Positions 1-9,846 of a stretch of 64,000 bases of DNA are shown here, piece by piece. The DNA is from Candidatus Enterousia sp. (GTDB taxonomy: Bacteria > Pseudomonadota > Alphaproteobacteria > Rs-D84). Every line of letters begins with the position of its first letter. Within the stretch, counting starts at the first letter, position 1. The notes beneath the pieces are model-generated. The model saw only the letters and a list, made by a program, of their open reading frames with translations, did no database searches and was not told where the DNA came from. Made by a program: the position numbers and the translations under genes. The stretch covers positions 84,828-148,827 of the forward strand of contig JAZLAV010000008.1 in assembly GCA_045613315.1 (NCBI GenBank). Direction: 5' to 3'.

Positions 1-43
1 ATTGTTGTATAGAGTAATAGTGGTTAGTGTGAGTGTTTAGGAA

Positions 44-72
44 AACACCGGTAAATGCCGGTGTTTTTTTTG
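44..72 (+). terminator. Rho-independent terminator of a gene ending upstream of the window
   Basis: Stem CACCGG (46-51) / CCGGTG (58-63), then a T-run at 64-72. It is preceded by a C-poor GT-rich tract at 1-40. Confidence 0.7.
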
Positions 73-107
73 TTTGACTTGTTTTACGGTTGTGTAAAAA
101 TCGGATT

Positions 108-836
108 ATGAGAATAGATGTTGCGTTAGTGAATATGGGCCTATTTGAATCGCGGAATCGGGCCGCAAATGCGGTGCGGGCGGGTGCGGTGTTTTATGAC
201 AACAAGCCGGTTGCTAAACCCAGTTTTGATGCGGAAAATCCAGATTTAATTTCTGTGCGTGACGCGGCGGTTATGCCCTTTGTTTCGCGTGGTGGGTTAA
301 AGTTGGAACACGCACTGAACACATTTCATATCAATATGACCGGGCGGCGAATGGTGGACATTGGGTCGTCAACGGGTGGTTTTTGTGATGTTGCGCTGCG
401 TGCGGGGGTGGGGCATATTGTTGCGGTTGATGTCGGTACGGATCAGATGCATAAATCTTTGCGCAGGCACCCACAAATTGATTTGCATGAACAAACGGAC
501 TTTCGCGATTTGGACGACGAATTGTTGAAAAACGTTGATTTTGCAACGATAGATGTGTCCTTTATTTCTGTGACCAAGATTTTGGATAAACTGGCGTCCA
601 TGCCGCGTTTGCGCGATGTTGTGTGTTTGATTAAGCCACAGTTTGAATGTGGCCCGGAAATATCCGCGCGTTTTCGCGGTGTTATTCGTGATGTAGCGGT
701 GCGCGATGCAGCGGTGGATACAGTGACCGCGGCATTTGCCGCGCATGGTTTTCGGCGCGAGGAATTGACCCAATCACCGATTGCCGGCGGGTCCGGGAAT
801 ATAGAGTTTTTGGCACATTTTGTGAGAGGGGTATAG
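108..836 (+). CDS. tlyA: TlyA-family rRNA 2'-O-methyltransferase (S4-like N-terminus plus FtsJ-type SAM methyltransferase)
   Basis: ORF 90..836. The first ATG is at 108 (MRIDVALV...). SAM motif VDIGSSTGGF. Length and layout are typical of TlyA. Confidence 0.8.
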   Translation: MRIDVALVNMGLFESRNRAANAVRAGAVFYDNKPVAKPSFDAENPDLISVRDAAVMPFVSRGGLKLEHALNTFHINMTGRRMVDIGSSTGGFCDVALRAGVGHIVAVDVGTDQMHKSLRRHPQIDLHEQTDFRDLDDELLKNVDFATIDVSFISVTKILDKLASMPRLRDVVCLIKPQFECGPEISARFRGVIRDVAVRDAAVDTVTAAFAAHGFRREELTQSPIAGGSGNIEFLAHFVRGV

Positions 837-876
837 GTTGTTGGTTGCAGGTGTTATTTTACCCACAACCAACAAC
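837..876. repeat. 11-bp GT/AC hairpin starting at the tlyA stop codon; member of the post-stop GT-rich tract family
   Basis: GTTGTTGGTTG (837-847) pairs perfectly with CAACCAACAAC (866-876). No U-tract follows. A G-free AC-rich tract extends to 905. Confidence 0.6.
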
Positions 877-942
877 ATATAACTCTCACAACCAATAACC
901 ACTTGATTATTTAAAAATCGCGGGTTATAATAGGCCCGCGTT

Positions 943-1016
943 GCCCTAATAGTCTAGTGGTAAAACACGTCCTTGGTAAGGACGAGTCGCAAGTCCGATT
1001 CTTGCTTAGGGCACCA
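943..1016 (+). tRNA. tRNA-Thr (anticodon GGU), CCA encoded
   Basis: Acceptor GCCCTAA/TTAGGGC. Anticodon stem CGTCC/GGACG with loop TTGGTAA. T-stem GCAAG/CTTGC. The T-loop reads TCCGATT (C at position 55, non-canonical). One D-stem mismatch. Confidence 0.8.
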
Positions 1017-1220
1017 CAAATGTATAATTTAATACATTTGCAAAAAACAGTTTTTCGGGGAAGGTAGCGTTGAAGTGTCTGACAATCACAGAGCACCAAA
1101 ACCCAATAAAAGTAATAAATGCGGGGTGGCACCGCGCAAGACAATTGCGCCCCTGCGGAAAGTTAAAGTGGGTGCCAAAATCCAAACCGATTTTTGCGCC
1201 CGATATATAAAGGGGTCAAA

Positions 1221-2993
1221 ATGTTATCTTTGAAATCAAAGTACAGAACGCACACATGTGGCGAGTTAAACGAAAAAAATGTGGGAGAAACGGTCACTTT
1301 GGCGGGTTGGGTTCATCGTAAGCGCGACCATGGGTCGTTGTTGTTTGTGGACCTGCGCGACAATTATGGTATTACACAAATTGTGTTTGATGGCGGAAAC
1401 GAGGCATTAGAACGTGTTCATCCGGAATCTGTGATTCAAATTACCGGCACCGTTGTTGCGCGTGATGCGTCACAAATTAACGACAAAATACCAACCGGTC
1501 ATATCGAAATCCAGGCACAAAATTGGACCGTGTTGACGGCGGCGGAAACATTGCCGTTCCCGGTGTTTGGTGACGAAGATATTGGCGAAGAATTGCGCTA
1601 TAAATACCGTTTTCTGGATTTGCGTCGTGAAAAATTACACCAAACTATTTTGACCCGTAACAAAATGATGAAATGGTTGCGCGATAAAATGTGGGATTTG
1701 GGTTTTTCTGAATTCCAAACACCAATTTTAACCGCAGATTCACCAGAGGGCGCGCGGTGCTTCCTGGTGCCAAGTCGTTTGCACCGCGGTAAATTCTATG
1801 CGTTGCCCCAGGCACCACAGATGTTTAAACAATTATTACAAGTGTCCGGTTTTGACAGATATTTTCAAATTGCGCCGTGTTTCCGCGATGAAGATTTGCG
1901 GTCCGACAGATTGCTGGAATTCTATCAGTTGGATTTGGAAATGTCGTTCGTTGACCAGCGCGATATCCAGGCGGTTGGCGAAGCAATTATGCCAGAATTT
2001 GTTCGCGCGTTTGCGCCGGATGCAAATGTATATCCCGAAATTCCACACATTACATACGATGATGCAATGTTAAAATATGGTTCCGATAAACCAGATTTAC
2101 GCAACCCAATTTTAATCAGCGATGTCAGTGAAATATTCCGTGGGTCTGATTTTGGAATCTTTGCAAATGCGGTTGAAAACGGCAGTGTTGTGCGTGCAGT
2201 TCCGGCACCAAACACCGCAGATAAGCCACGTTCGTGGTTCGATAAATTGGGCGAATATGCAACCAAAGAATTGGGCCTGGGTGGATTGGGATACATCGTT
2301 TTTGCGGACGAAGCCAAGGGCCCCGTTGCGAAAAAATTGGATGTGGAACGCATTGCAAAACTGCGCGAAATCGCGGGCGATAACGCATCGTTGTTCTTTA
2401 TATGTGATACAGAAGAAAACGCAACAAAAGCGGCGGGTAAATTACGCAACAAATTGGGTGCAGACCTGGGTTTGATTAACCCGCGTGATTTTGCGTTCTG
2501 TTGGGTCGAAGCGTTCCCGTTCTTTGAACCAGACGAAGATCGTGGTGGTGCACCGAAATTTACGCACAATCCGTTTTCATACCCGGTTGTTGATTCAATC
2601 GAAGAATTATCAACACGCGACCCATTTACAATCAAGGCGGCACAATTTGATATGGTCTTGAATGGTTTGGAAATATGCAGTGGTGGTTTGCGTAATTATA
2701 ATACAGAGGTTATGAAAAAGTGCTTTGATATAGCGGGGTATCCATTAGAGGCGGTGGAAAAGAACTTCTCTGCACTTTATACCGCGTTCCAATATGGTGC
2801 GCCACCGCACGGCGGATGTGCATTTGGAATTGACCGATTGGTTTCAGAAATTACCGGATTTGGCGACAGTGTGCGTGACACAGTTGCGTTTCCGGCAAAC
2901 CAACGCGGCCAGGATTTGTTGATGGGTTCACCAAACGAGGTGACCGAACAACAGTTGCGCGATGTGCATATCCAGGTCAGAAAGAAAAACTAA
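1221..2993 (+). CDS. aspS: Aspartate--tRNA ligase
   Basis: ORF 1194..2993. ATG at 1221 is preceded by the SD AAGGGG. Class II aaRS motifs are present (FRDED, GGCAFGIDRL). The N-terminal OB-fold region contains WVHRKRDHGSLLFVDLRD. Confidence 0.95.
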   Translation: MLSLKSKYRTHTCGELNEKNVGETVTLAGWVHRKRDHGSLLFVDLRDNYGITQIVFDGGNEALERVHPESVIQITGTVVARDASQINDKIPTGHIEIQAQNWTVLTAAETLPFPVFGDEDIGEELRYKYRFLDLRREKLHQTILTRNKMMKWLRDKMWDLGFSEFQTPILTADSPEGARCFLVPSRLHRGKFYALPQAPQMFKQLLQVSGFDRYFQIAPCFRDEDLRSDRLLEFYQLDLEMSFVDQRDIQAVGEAIMPEFVRAFAPDANVYPEIPHITYDDAMLKYGSDKPDLRNPILISDVSEIFRGSDFGIFANAVENGSVVRAVPAPNTADKPRSWFDKLGEYATKELGLGGLGYIVFADEAKGPVAKKLDVERIAKLREIAGDNASLFFICDTEENATKAAGKLRNKLGADLGLINPRDFAFCWVEAFPFFEPDEDRGGAPKFTHNPFSYPVVDSIEELSTRDPFTIKAAQFDMVLNGLEICSGGLRNYNTEVMKKCFDIAGYPLEAVEKNFSALYTAFQYGAPPHGGCAFGIDRLVSEITGFGDSVRDTVAFPANQRGQDLLMGSPNEVTEQQLRDVHIQVRKKN

Positions 2994-2994
2994 T

Positions 2995-3022
2995 AAAAAA
3001 GCCGGCAAATGCCGGTTTTTTT
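2995..3022. terminator. Bidirectional intrinsic terminator between convergent aspS and the asmA-like gene
   Basis: A-run, then GCCGGC AAAT GCCGGT, then T-run. Confidence 0.75.
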
Positions 3023-3083
3023 AGCGGTTAGTAGTGGTGGGTATGGGGTGTTTTTACTAATAATCGCCAACTGACATTGCCCA

Positions 3084-5558
3084 CTAGTACCTGTCGTGTG
3101 TGCGGACAAATTCACGCATAAATGCGGGATCAAAATTCTGCATTATTTCAGACAGGTGAAAATCGCGTTCACCGTTTTGTAAAATTTCCATGTCAATCGG
3201 GGCGGGTTCCGGTGCGGTTCCACGCAAAACCAAGTATAATTGTGCCGTCATTTTTCCGTCGCTTATTTGTAATGTGCCGGTTGCATCTGCGTGTGGCACA
3301 GATAACGCAAATGGTTCGGTCGTTTCAAAATTGCCGTGGTCATAGCGTCCAACAATGTGTAATGATTTTAATCGTGTTTGACCGTCGGTCAATGCCGCCG
3401 CCAACGCATATTCGGCATTTAATATTGTAATCTTGTTAGCGGCAGCAAAGAAATCGTCAATGCCTAAACCGAAAATGTATCCGTGGTCAAATGTTAAATC
3501 TACCGTGCCATTCAAATTATATTCCAAATCATGTGCAATCATACCGTTCGTTTTCATGGATATGTCGCCGGTCACATAAGATTCACCAATATTCAATGGC
3601 ATCAAATCGTTAAGTATTTTTCCACGTGTCGCAAACCGATTTAATTGTAATGAAATATCGTAGTTCGTACCGTTGCGTTCAATCGTTGCAAGGATGTTCC
3701 CGCGATAATCATCTGATATGGAAAATATCATCGCGTTCGGTTGTAATGAATATACAAAATTTTTATATTCGATTCCGTTATAAATCATTGTGTCGGCGGA
3801 TAAAGAAATATTTGCGTTTATATCAAATGGAATCATTATCGGGTGCATGGATAAAAAAGACAATTCTTCGAACCGTTCCAAATATGCCGGCGACAGGAAA
3901 GAATCTATGTTTAATACATCTGTTTTTATTGTTATCGCATTATCAACCGCGGTGCCCGTGAAAACATGATTCGCAACATTTATTGTTAAATCAGATATTG
4001 TACCATTTTTGTATTCGCCGGAAATGGTGTAAATGTTGTCGCGCAGTGATTGCAGGTCAAGATTTGGAAACCAGGCCTTGAAATTGTTGCCATAAATATA
4101 GAAATAATCGTTTTGGATTGCCATTTGCCACGAACCGTTGTGTGGGTGGAAAACAACCGCGCCAGATTCCCATTTGAAATCGCCAATGCTGTCCGCCATC
4201 GATTTTGGCAAAAATGGCAATTTTGCACCCAGCCACGAAAGGTCTTTGTTTTTTGCAAATGTAAATTCGGGACGCATTTTGTCACCGTTTATGGTAAGTG
4301 TGCCGGCCGCATCGGAAAAACTAAAATGGACAACACCACGCGTACCGAAATCCAATGCACGTGCACGCACAGTTGTAATGTCCGGCATCGGGGTGGGGGA
4401 TTTTACAACAATGTCAAATTCATCACCGTTCACCCACAGTGATCCAGACATATTTCCGTGTGAATATTCCGAACATTGCCACGCGTCCGGGGTGCCACTG
4501 AACATACAAAATGTGTCATCGTCGTTTGATGGTATCACAACCATAATATTGTGCGCACCGGTTGAATCGATTATGCCACCGTTAAGTGCAATATCGTCAG
4601 CAATAAGTGTTCCAATCTGTAATTTATCATCGGTTCCGATTGCATCCACCTTGATATGATTGTAATTCATATCACCAAATTTTATATTTCCATCAAAATC
4701 CAATTTAAGATTTGTTCCACGTAAAAATTTCCCGGGTTGCATTAAAAACGAAAAATCAAAATCCATATTGTGGGCGACCAAATTTATATCGCGACGCCCA
4801 TCGGGGTAAAGACGGATGTTGCCAGACATATTATTTGCAACAATGTTCGTGAAATCAAAACCAACACCGCCATCCCATTCAAAGTTCATTGTTAAATCGA
4901 CTGTTTCGTTTATTTTTGGTTCGGGAAATTCGAACCATTTGTTTATATCATCTGTTATAATAGACATTTGACCGCGCGCAGAACCATCGGAATATAAACG
5001 CCCAACAATCTTTACACGATTATTTTGATTGCGAATAACAAATTCATCGTTTTCAAACGTGACATCGTATTTGTGTTGATTCGTGCGAACGGTTCCGGTA
5101 AATCGGCCCTTGTCCAAATCGCCACGTATGATTTCATAATCATGTGAATGAAAGTTTATAACAGAATTATAAAATGTGATTTTATTCTTGAAATCTATCG
5201 CGTCCAGGTTGGAAATTTTGAATCGTGCATTGTATAAAGAAATCGGGCCGGTTAATTCCGCGTCGTTTGGATGAAACACACTGAACATTGGTACAGAAAA
5301 CATTGCGGAATGCACTGTTCCAAACGGAACAACAATATTGCGCGCAACGATTGTGGCGCGCCCCAATAAACTGAAATTAACATCGCCGTCAAATTTAGCG
5401 TCGATACCGGTTTGGGTCTTTACCGCGTTTTCCAGTTGCGGTTTCATATAATTAAGTGTGATGGCGGGGGGGACAAAAACAAATGCGATAAACGCGGCAG
5501 CCAAGACACCCAGCAGTGTCCATCCGATTCTGCGTTTGTATCTGGGTTTTAATGGCAT
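3084..5558 (-). CDS. AsmA-family outer-membrane biogenesis protein
   Basis: ORF 3084..5615. The ATG at 5558 follows the SD GGAAGAGAG. It has an N-terminal TM anchor (WTLLGVLAAAFIAFVFV) and an AsmA-like N-terminal region, followed by a long beta-rich periplasmic body. Confidence 0.65.
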   Translation of the reverse strand: MPLKPRYKRRIGWTLLGVLAAAFIAFVFVPPAITLNYMKPQLENAVKTQTGIDAKFDGDVNFSLLGRATIVARNIVVPFGTVHSAMFSVPMFSVFHPNDAELTGPISLYNARFKISNLDAIDFKNKITFYNSVINFHSHDYEIIRGDLDKGRFTGTVRTNQHKYDVTFENDEFVIRNQNNRVKIVGRLYSDGSARGQMSIITDDINKWFEFPEPKINETVDLTMNFEWDGGVGFDFTNIVANNMSGNIRLYPDGRRDINLVAHNMDFDFSFLMQPGKFLRGTNLKLDFDGNIKFGDMNYNHIKVDAIGTDDKLQIGTLIADDIALNGGIIDSTGAHNIMVVIPSNDDDTFCMFSGTPDAWQCSEYSHGNMSGSLWVNGDEFDIVVKSPTPMPDITTVRARALDFGTRGVVHFSFSDAAGTLTINGDKMRPEFTFAKNKDLSWLGAKLPFLPKSMADSIGDFKWESGAVVFHPHNGSWQMAIQNDYFYIYGNNFKAWFPNLDLQSLRDNIYTISGEYKNGTISDLTINVANHVFTGTAVDNAITIKTDVLNIDSFLSPAYLERFEELSFLSMHPIMIPFDINANISLSADTMIYNGIEYKNFVYSLQPNAMIFSISDDYRGNILATIERNGTNYDISLQLNRFATRGKILNDLMPLNIGESYVTGDISMKTNGMIAHDLEYNLNGTVDLTFDHGYIFGLGIDDFFAAANKITILNAEYALAAALTDGQTRLKSLHIVGRYDHGNFETTEPFALSVPHADATGTLQISDGKMTAQLYLVLRGTAPEPAPIDMEILQNGERDFHLSEIMQNFDPAFMREFVRTHDRY

Positions 5559-5619
5559 AATCTCTCTTCCCCTTGTTTTTTGATTATAATGAATTATAGT
5601 ATTGTTTGTGAACAAAAAA

Positions 5620-7611
5620 ATGACGAAAAAAGTATTTAATCTTGAAAGTTCCTATGCCCCGATGGGCGACCAACCAACCGCCATATCTGAATTGGTGGCG
5701 GGGGTGCGTGATGGTCGTCGGTCCCAGGTTTTGCTTGGGGTGACGGGGTCTGGAAAAACTTTCACAATGGCAAATGTTATTGCGGAACTGGGGCGGCCGG
5801 CACTTATTATGGCACCGAACAAGATTTTGGCGGCGCAACTTTATACCGAAATGAAATCGTTTTTTCCACATAATCACGTGGAATATTTTGTGTCGTATTA
5901 TGATTATTATCAGCCCGAAGCATATATGCCAACCACCGATACATATATCGACAAAGATGCGTCTATAAATGACCAATTGGACCGTATGCGTCACAGTGCA
6001 ACCCGCGCAATGTTGGAAGAACGCGATGTTATCGTTGTGTCATCGGTTTCGTCAATTTACGGTATGGGGTCACCGGAACAATATTCTGGAATGCGTGTTG
6101 TGTTAAATGTCGGTGACAAAATCGGCATGGCCGATACTATGCGTGCGTTGGTTGATATTCAATATAAGCGAAACGATATGGCGTTCGAACGTGGGTGTTT
6201 CCGTGTGCGTGGCGACACACTGGATTTGTTCCCGTCACATTCGATGGACCGTGGTTGGAAAATATCTTTCTTTGGTGACGAAATTGACGAGATTTGGGAA
6301 TTTGATACATTAACCGGTGCAAAAATAAATAAATTGGACCGTGTGGCGGTGTACCCAAATACGCACTATGCAACACCAATGCCCAGTGTAATCCAGGCAA
6401 TTGGGCAAATTAAGCAAGATTTAGAAGAACGGTTGAAATACTTTCATGACAATATGAAATATATCGAAGAGCAACGATTGCGTGAACGTGTGAATTTTGA
6501 TGTCGAAATGATGGAATCAACCGGGACATGTCGCGGAATTGAAAACTATTCGCGCTATCTGTCGGGGCGTGCCCCGGGACAACCACCACCCACGTTGTTC
6601 GAGTATTTGCCACGTGATGCGATTTTATTTATTGACGAAAGCCATGTCACCGTTTCACAAATTGGCGCGATGGCGCGTGGCGACAGGGCAAGAAAGGAAA
6701 CATTGTCGCAATATGGTTTCCGTTTGCCGGCATGCGTTGATAACCGACCGTTGACATTTGAAGAATGGGATGCGTTGCGGCCACAAACAATTTTTGTTTC
6801 GGCAACGCCGGCCGAATGGGAATTAAACCAATCGGGTGGGATTGTGTCTGAACAGGTTATTCGTCCAACGGGGCTTCTTGACCCAATATGTGAAGTGCGC
6901 CCGACCGAACATCAGGTTGACGATTTGTTGGACACATTAAAAAATATTTCTGGGCGTGCGCTGGTGACGACGCTTACCAAAAAAATGGCGGAACAGTTAA
7001 CCGACTATTTATGCGAAAACGGTGTGCGGGCGCGATATATGCACAGTGATATTGAAACACTGGAACGTATTGATTTGTTGCGTGATTTGCGTATGGGGAA
7101 ATATGATGTGTTGGTTGGAATTAACCTTTTGCGCGAGGGGCTGGATGTGCCGGAATGTGAATTGGTCGCGATAATGGACGCGGATAAAGAGGGCTTTTTG
7201 CGGTCAACGCGTTCGTTGATCCAAACGATTGGTCGTGCAGCACGAAATGCAAATGGTCGCGTGATTTTGTACGGTGATCGAATTACCGATTCTATGCAGG
7301 CCGCGCTTTCCGAGACCGCGCGTCGTCGCGAAAAACAAATGGCGTATAACGCAGAACATAACATCACACCGCAAACAATTACCAAGGCCATCTTTGACGA
7401 GGTTGGTGATCGCGAAGAAAAGACAGATAAAGCCCGTCGTTTTGTATATGATAAATCGGGCGGGGTGATGGATGCGGAAAGCATCCGCGCCGAAATTAAA
7501 AAGTTAACAAAAAAGATGAAACAGGCCGCCGAAGATTTGGAATTTGAAACCGCGGCTGAATTGCGCGATAATATACATAAATTAGAAAATGATTTGTTGT
7601 TATTGGAGTAG
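5620..7611 (+). CDS. uvrB: Excinuclease ABC subunit B
   Basis: GDQPTAI, Walker [18 protein letters not shown], and a C-terminal UVR motif ([12 protein letters not shown]). The start at ATG 5620 matches the UvrB N-terminus. Confidence 0.95.
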   Translation: MTKKVFNLESSYAPMGDQPTAISELVAGVRDGRRSQVLLGVTGSGKTFTMANVIAELGRPALIMAPNKILAAQLYTEMKSFFPHNHVEYFVSYYDYYQPEAYMPTTDTYIDKDASINDQLDRMRHSATRAMLEERDVIVVSSVSSIYGMGSPEQYSGMRVVLNVGDKIGMADTMRALVDIQYKRNDMAFERGCFRVRGDTLDLFPSHSMDRGWKISFFGDEIDEIWEFDTLTGAKINKLDRVAVYPNTHYATPMPSVIQAIGQIKQDLEERLKYFHDNMKYIEEQRLRERVNFDVEMMESTGTCRGIENYSRYLSGRAPGQPPPTLFEYLPRDAILFIDESHVTVSQIGAMARGDRARKETLSQYGFRLPACVDNRPLTFEEWDALRPQTIFVSATPAEWELNQSGGIVSEQVIRPTGLLDPICEVRPTEHQVDDLLDTLKNISGRALVTTLTKKMAEQLTDYLCENGVRARYMHSDIETLERIDLLRDLRMGKYDVLVGINLLREGLDVPECELVAIMDADKEGFLRSTRSLIQTIGRAARNANGRVILYGDRITDSMQAALSETARRREKQMAYNAEHNITPQTITKAIFDEVGDREEKTDKARRFVYDKSGGVMDAESIRAEIKKLTKKMKQAAEDLEFETAAELRDNIHKLENDLLLLE

Positions 7612-7614
7612 GTT

Positions 7615-8013
7615 ATGGAATACATATTAAATAATGTTGATGAAACGCGTGCGTTCGCGCGTGAGTTTGCAAAAACGCTGCATTCGCCGGTGACCGTGGC
7701 GTTGCACGGTGATTTGGGTATGGGAAAATCTGAAATAGCACGCACAATAATTCAAACACTGCGTGGTGCGGATACAGTTGTCCCCAGCCCGACATTTACA
7801 ATTGTACAAAGTTATGATGGTATTTCACATTTTGATTTATATCGAATAAACGACGCGTCTGAATTGGTGGAAATTGGGTTGCCATATGCGATTGCAAACG
7901 ATATAACACTTATTGAATGGCCCGACATTGCCGTGGATATTTTGCCGGCAAACACGATTCATTTATATATATCGGAATATGGCACTGGACGAAAAATAGT
8001 AGTAAAAGGTTAG
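7615..8013 (+). CDS. tsaE: tRNA t6A37 biosynthesis ATPase TsaE
   Basis: P-loop GDLGMGKSEIAR, plus SPTFT and HFDLYR. SD GGAG lies upstream. Confidence 0.85.
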   Translation: MEYILNNVDETRAFAREFAKTLHSPVTVALHGDLGMGKSEIARTIIQTLRGADTVVPSPTFTIVQSYDGISHFDLYRINDASELVEIGLPYAIANDITLIEWPDIAVDILPANTIHLYISEYGTGRKIVVKG

Positions 8014-8067
8014 TGTTGGTGGTTGGGGACCACAGACACTCACCAACTTTTTATTAGTCGCTAATAA

Positions 8068-9846
8068 CTATTCTTTCATCAAACTCTGAACCGCGATGGG
8101 AAAGTCCGCCGCCCGCGCCAGGTATGAACCCGACACCAAATAGTCCGCGCCCGCATCCCAACATAATTTTGCGGTTTTATCATTTATTCCACCGTCAACC
8201 GAAATCTTGAAATTAAGTCCATATTTTTTACGTGTTGCCACCAACATTGAAATTTTGTGCAGACATGCCGGGGAAAATGCCTGGCCGGCGGCGCCGGGTG
8301 TGACCGCCATTACCATTACTTCATCCAGGTCACGCAGGATGGTTTTAAGGATTGTTATCGGTGTTTCGGGGTTTAATGCAATTCCGGCGCGTCGGCCCGA
8401 TGCACGAATTTGGCGCACAGCATTGCGCACACCCGATGTGTTCGTTGAAACAATAACCGTATCAGCCCCGGCCGCAATCGCGTCCGCCGCCCAAACGGAC
8501 GGACTTTCCGTCATTAAATGCACATGCAGGTGTGCATTTGTTCGGTCGCGTATCGCACGAATCATATCGGCGGACCCAACGATTTTATTTACATACAACC
8601 CATCCATAATATCAATGTGAATCATGGATATGTTCGCGGCATCAAATGTTGTGTATGTGACGGGATCGTTCATATTGAAACACATCGTACTTGGCAAAAT
8701 GGGAACAAATGCGCGACGCTTTTTGGGTTTTTTATGAAATATTTTTAGTATGCGTTCGGTGCGTTTTGCCCATTTGTCGTGGTTGGCAATAATTTTTGCG
8801 CGCGCGTCCGCGCTTTGGCGCCAAATAAATTCGCCCAATGCGCGCACGGACGCGTCGTCGTGCATACTTTCGCACGGTAATCCAAATGCGTTCGATACAA
8901 AATCAACAACCCCGTTTGCGTCCGCAACACCGCCACTTATTATAATATTATGTGGTTTGTATTTTGTAATTGCGTCGTCGGCGTTTGCGCGAACATCGTT
9001 TATAATATCGTTCATAAATCTGACAACAATGTCGTTCACGTCAGCACGGGAAAAATCATATGCGATATCCGCAGGCGTAAAACGATCGGTTGGGCCGGGC
9101 AACATTGTGAATGCGGCGCGTTTGATACGGTCCGCTTCGTCAAAACTGATATTATGATTTTCGGCAATTGCTTTTCCAATATTTGTTCCGCCGATTTGTA
9201 ATTTGTAATGCCACATTGGTCCGCGGTTCGTCCAAATCGATGCGGTTGTAAATTCGGCACCCAAATCGATAAACATTGTTGTGGTGTTTGGTTTTCTGAA
9301 AACGGCGTTTTGGACAAAGTGTGGATCGTAAAAACCGCGTGTCTGCATATGCGCCCGGCGCATAGAGGTGATTATTTCGTTTATGTTTGCGCGTGGGTAA
9401 AATATTGCCCCAAAAGCAGATATGAATTGGTTGTCAACATGGCCAATTGGCGTTTTCATATTATGTTTGGTTGGGGCATCATAACGTAATGGCACAATAT
9501 GCAACGGCGTATATTCGTCGGGCGGGGTGATTTGTGAAATCTGGTTTTTGACATCGGTGTTGGTTATTCTGTGCGCTTCGGCCCAGACCTGGTTTTTTAT
9601 TGCCAATTCATAATATGATTGACCGAAATTACCGGTTATATATGCATCATCCAGGTGGCGGCCGATTTGTGATTCTAATTCATCAACGACGGCCTTAATC
9701 GCTGATACCGTATCAAAGGATTCGGCAACATACATCGCAGATTTTGCAATGCGTCCACAATGCACACGATGCGCCACACCATGCACGGCCGACGACCCGA
9801 TGTCCAGGCATAAAAAAGCAGAATCGTTCAAATTCATTTGTGTCAT
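8068..9846 (-). CDS. In-frame fusion: FtsA-like actin-fold ATPase (aa 1-~375) plus ribulose-phosphate 3-epimerase (aa ~380-592)
   Basis: N-terminal part: LCLDIGSSAV, FIDLGAEFTT and ISGGVA, located directly after ftsQ with a TAATG overlap. C-terminal part: HIDIMDG, HVHLM, MAVTPGAAGQAF, SVDGGIN and VSGSYL. There is no stop or plausible start between the two halves. Confidence 0.8.
   Translation of the reverse strand: MTQMNLNDSAFLCLDIGSSAVHGVAHRVHCGRIAKSAMYVAESFDTVSAIKAVVDELESQIGRHLDDAYITGNFGQSYYELAIKNQVWAEAHRITNTDVKNQISQITPPDEYTPLHIVPLRYDAPTKHNMKTPIGHVDNQFISAFGAIFYPRANINEIITSMRRAHMQTRGFYDPHFVQNAVFRKPNTTTMFIDLGAEFTTASIWTNRGPMWHYKLQIGGTNIGKAIAENHNISFDEADRIKRAAFTMLPGPTDRFTPADIAYDFSRADVNDIVVRFMNDIINDVRANADDAITKYKPHNIIISGGVADANGVVDFVSNAFGLPCESMHDDASVRALGEFIWRQSADARAKIIANHDKWAKRTERILKIFHKKPKKRRAFVPILPSTMCFNMNDPVTYTTFDAANISMIHIDIMDGLYVNKIVGSADMIRAIRDRTNAHLHVHLMTESPSVWAADAIAAGADTVIVSTNTSGVRNAVRQIRASGRRAGIALNPETPITILKTILRDLDEVMVMAVTPGAAGQAFSPACLHKISMLVATRKKYGLNFKISVDGGINDKTAKLCWDAGADYLVSGSYLARAADFPIAVQSLMKE

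Noticed and set aside
1017-1040. Perfect 9-6-9 palindrome (CAAATGTAT AATTTA ATACATTTG) abutting the tRNA-Thr CCA end; considered as a dif/Xer or integrase att site
   Set aside because: The arms do not resemble the conserved XerC/XerD half-sites (..ATAA N6 TTAT..). No island or direct repeat lies nearby. It is more simply a weak AT-rich hairpin in the tRNA trailer.
1041-1220. 180-nt untranslated region upstream of aspS, with local hairpins (for example GCGCAA GACAA TTGCGC); considered as a T-box or riboswitch
   Set aside because: It has no T-box specifier or antiterminator features and no terminator. I cannot support a defined structure from one sequence.
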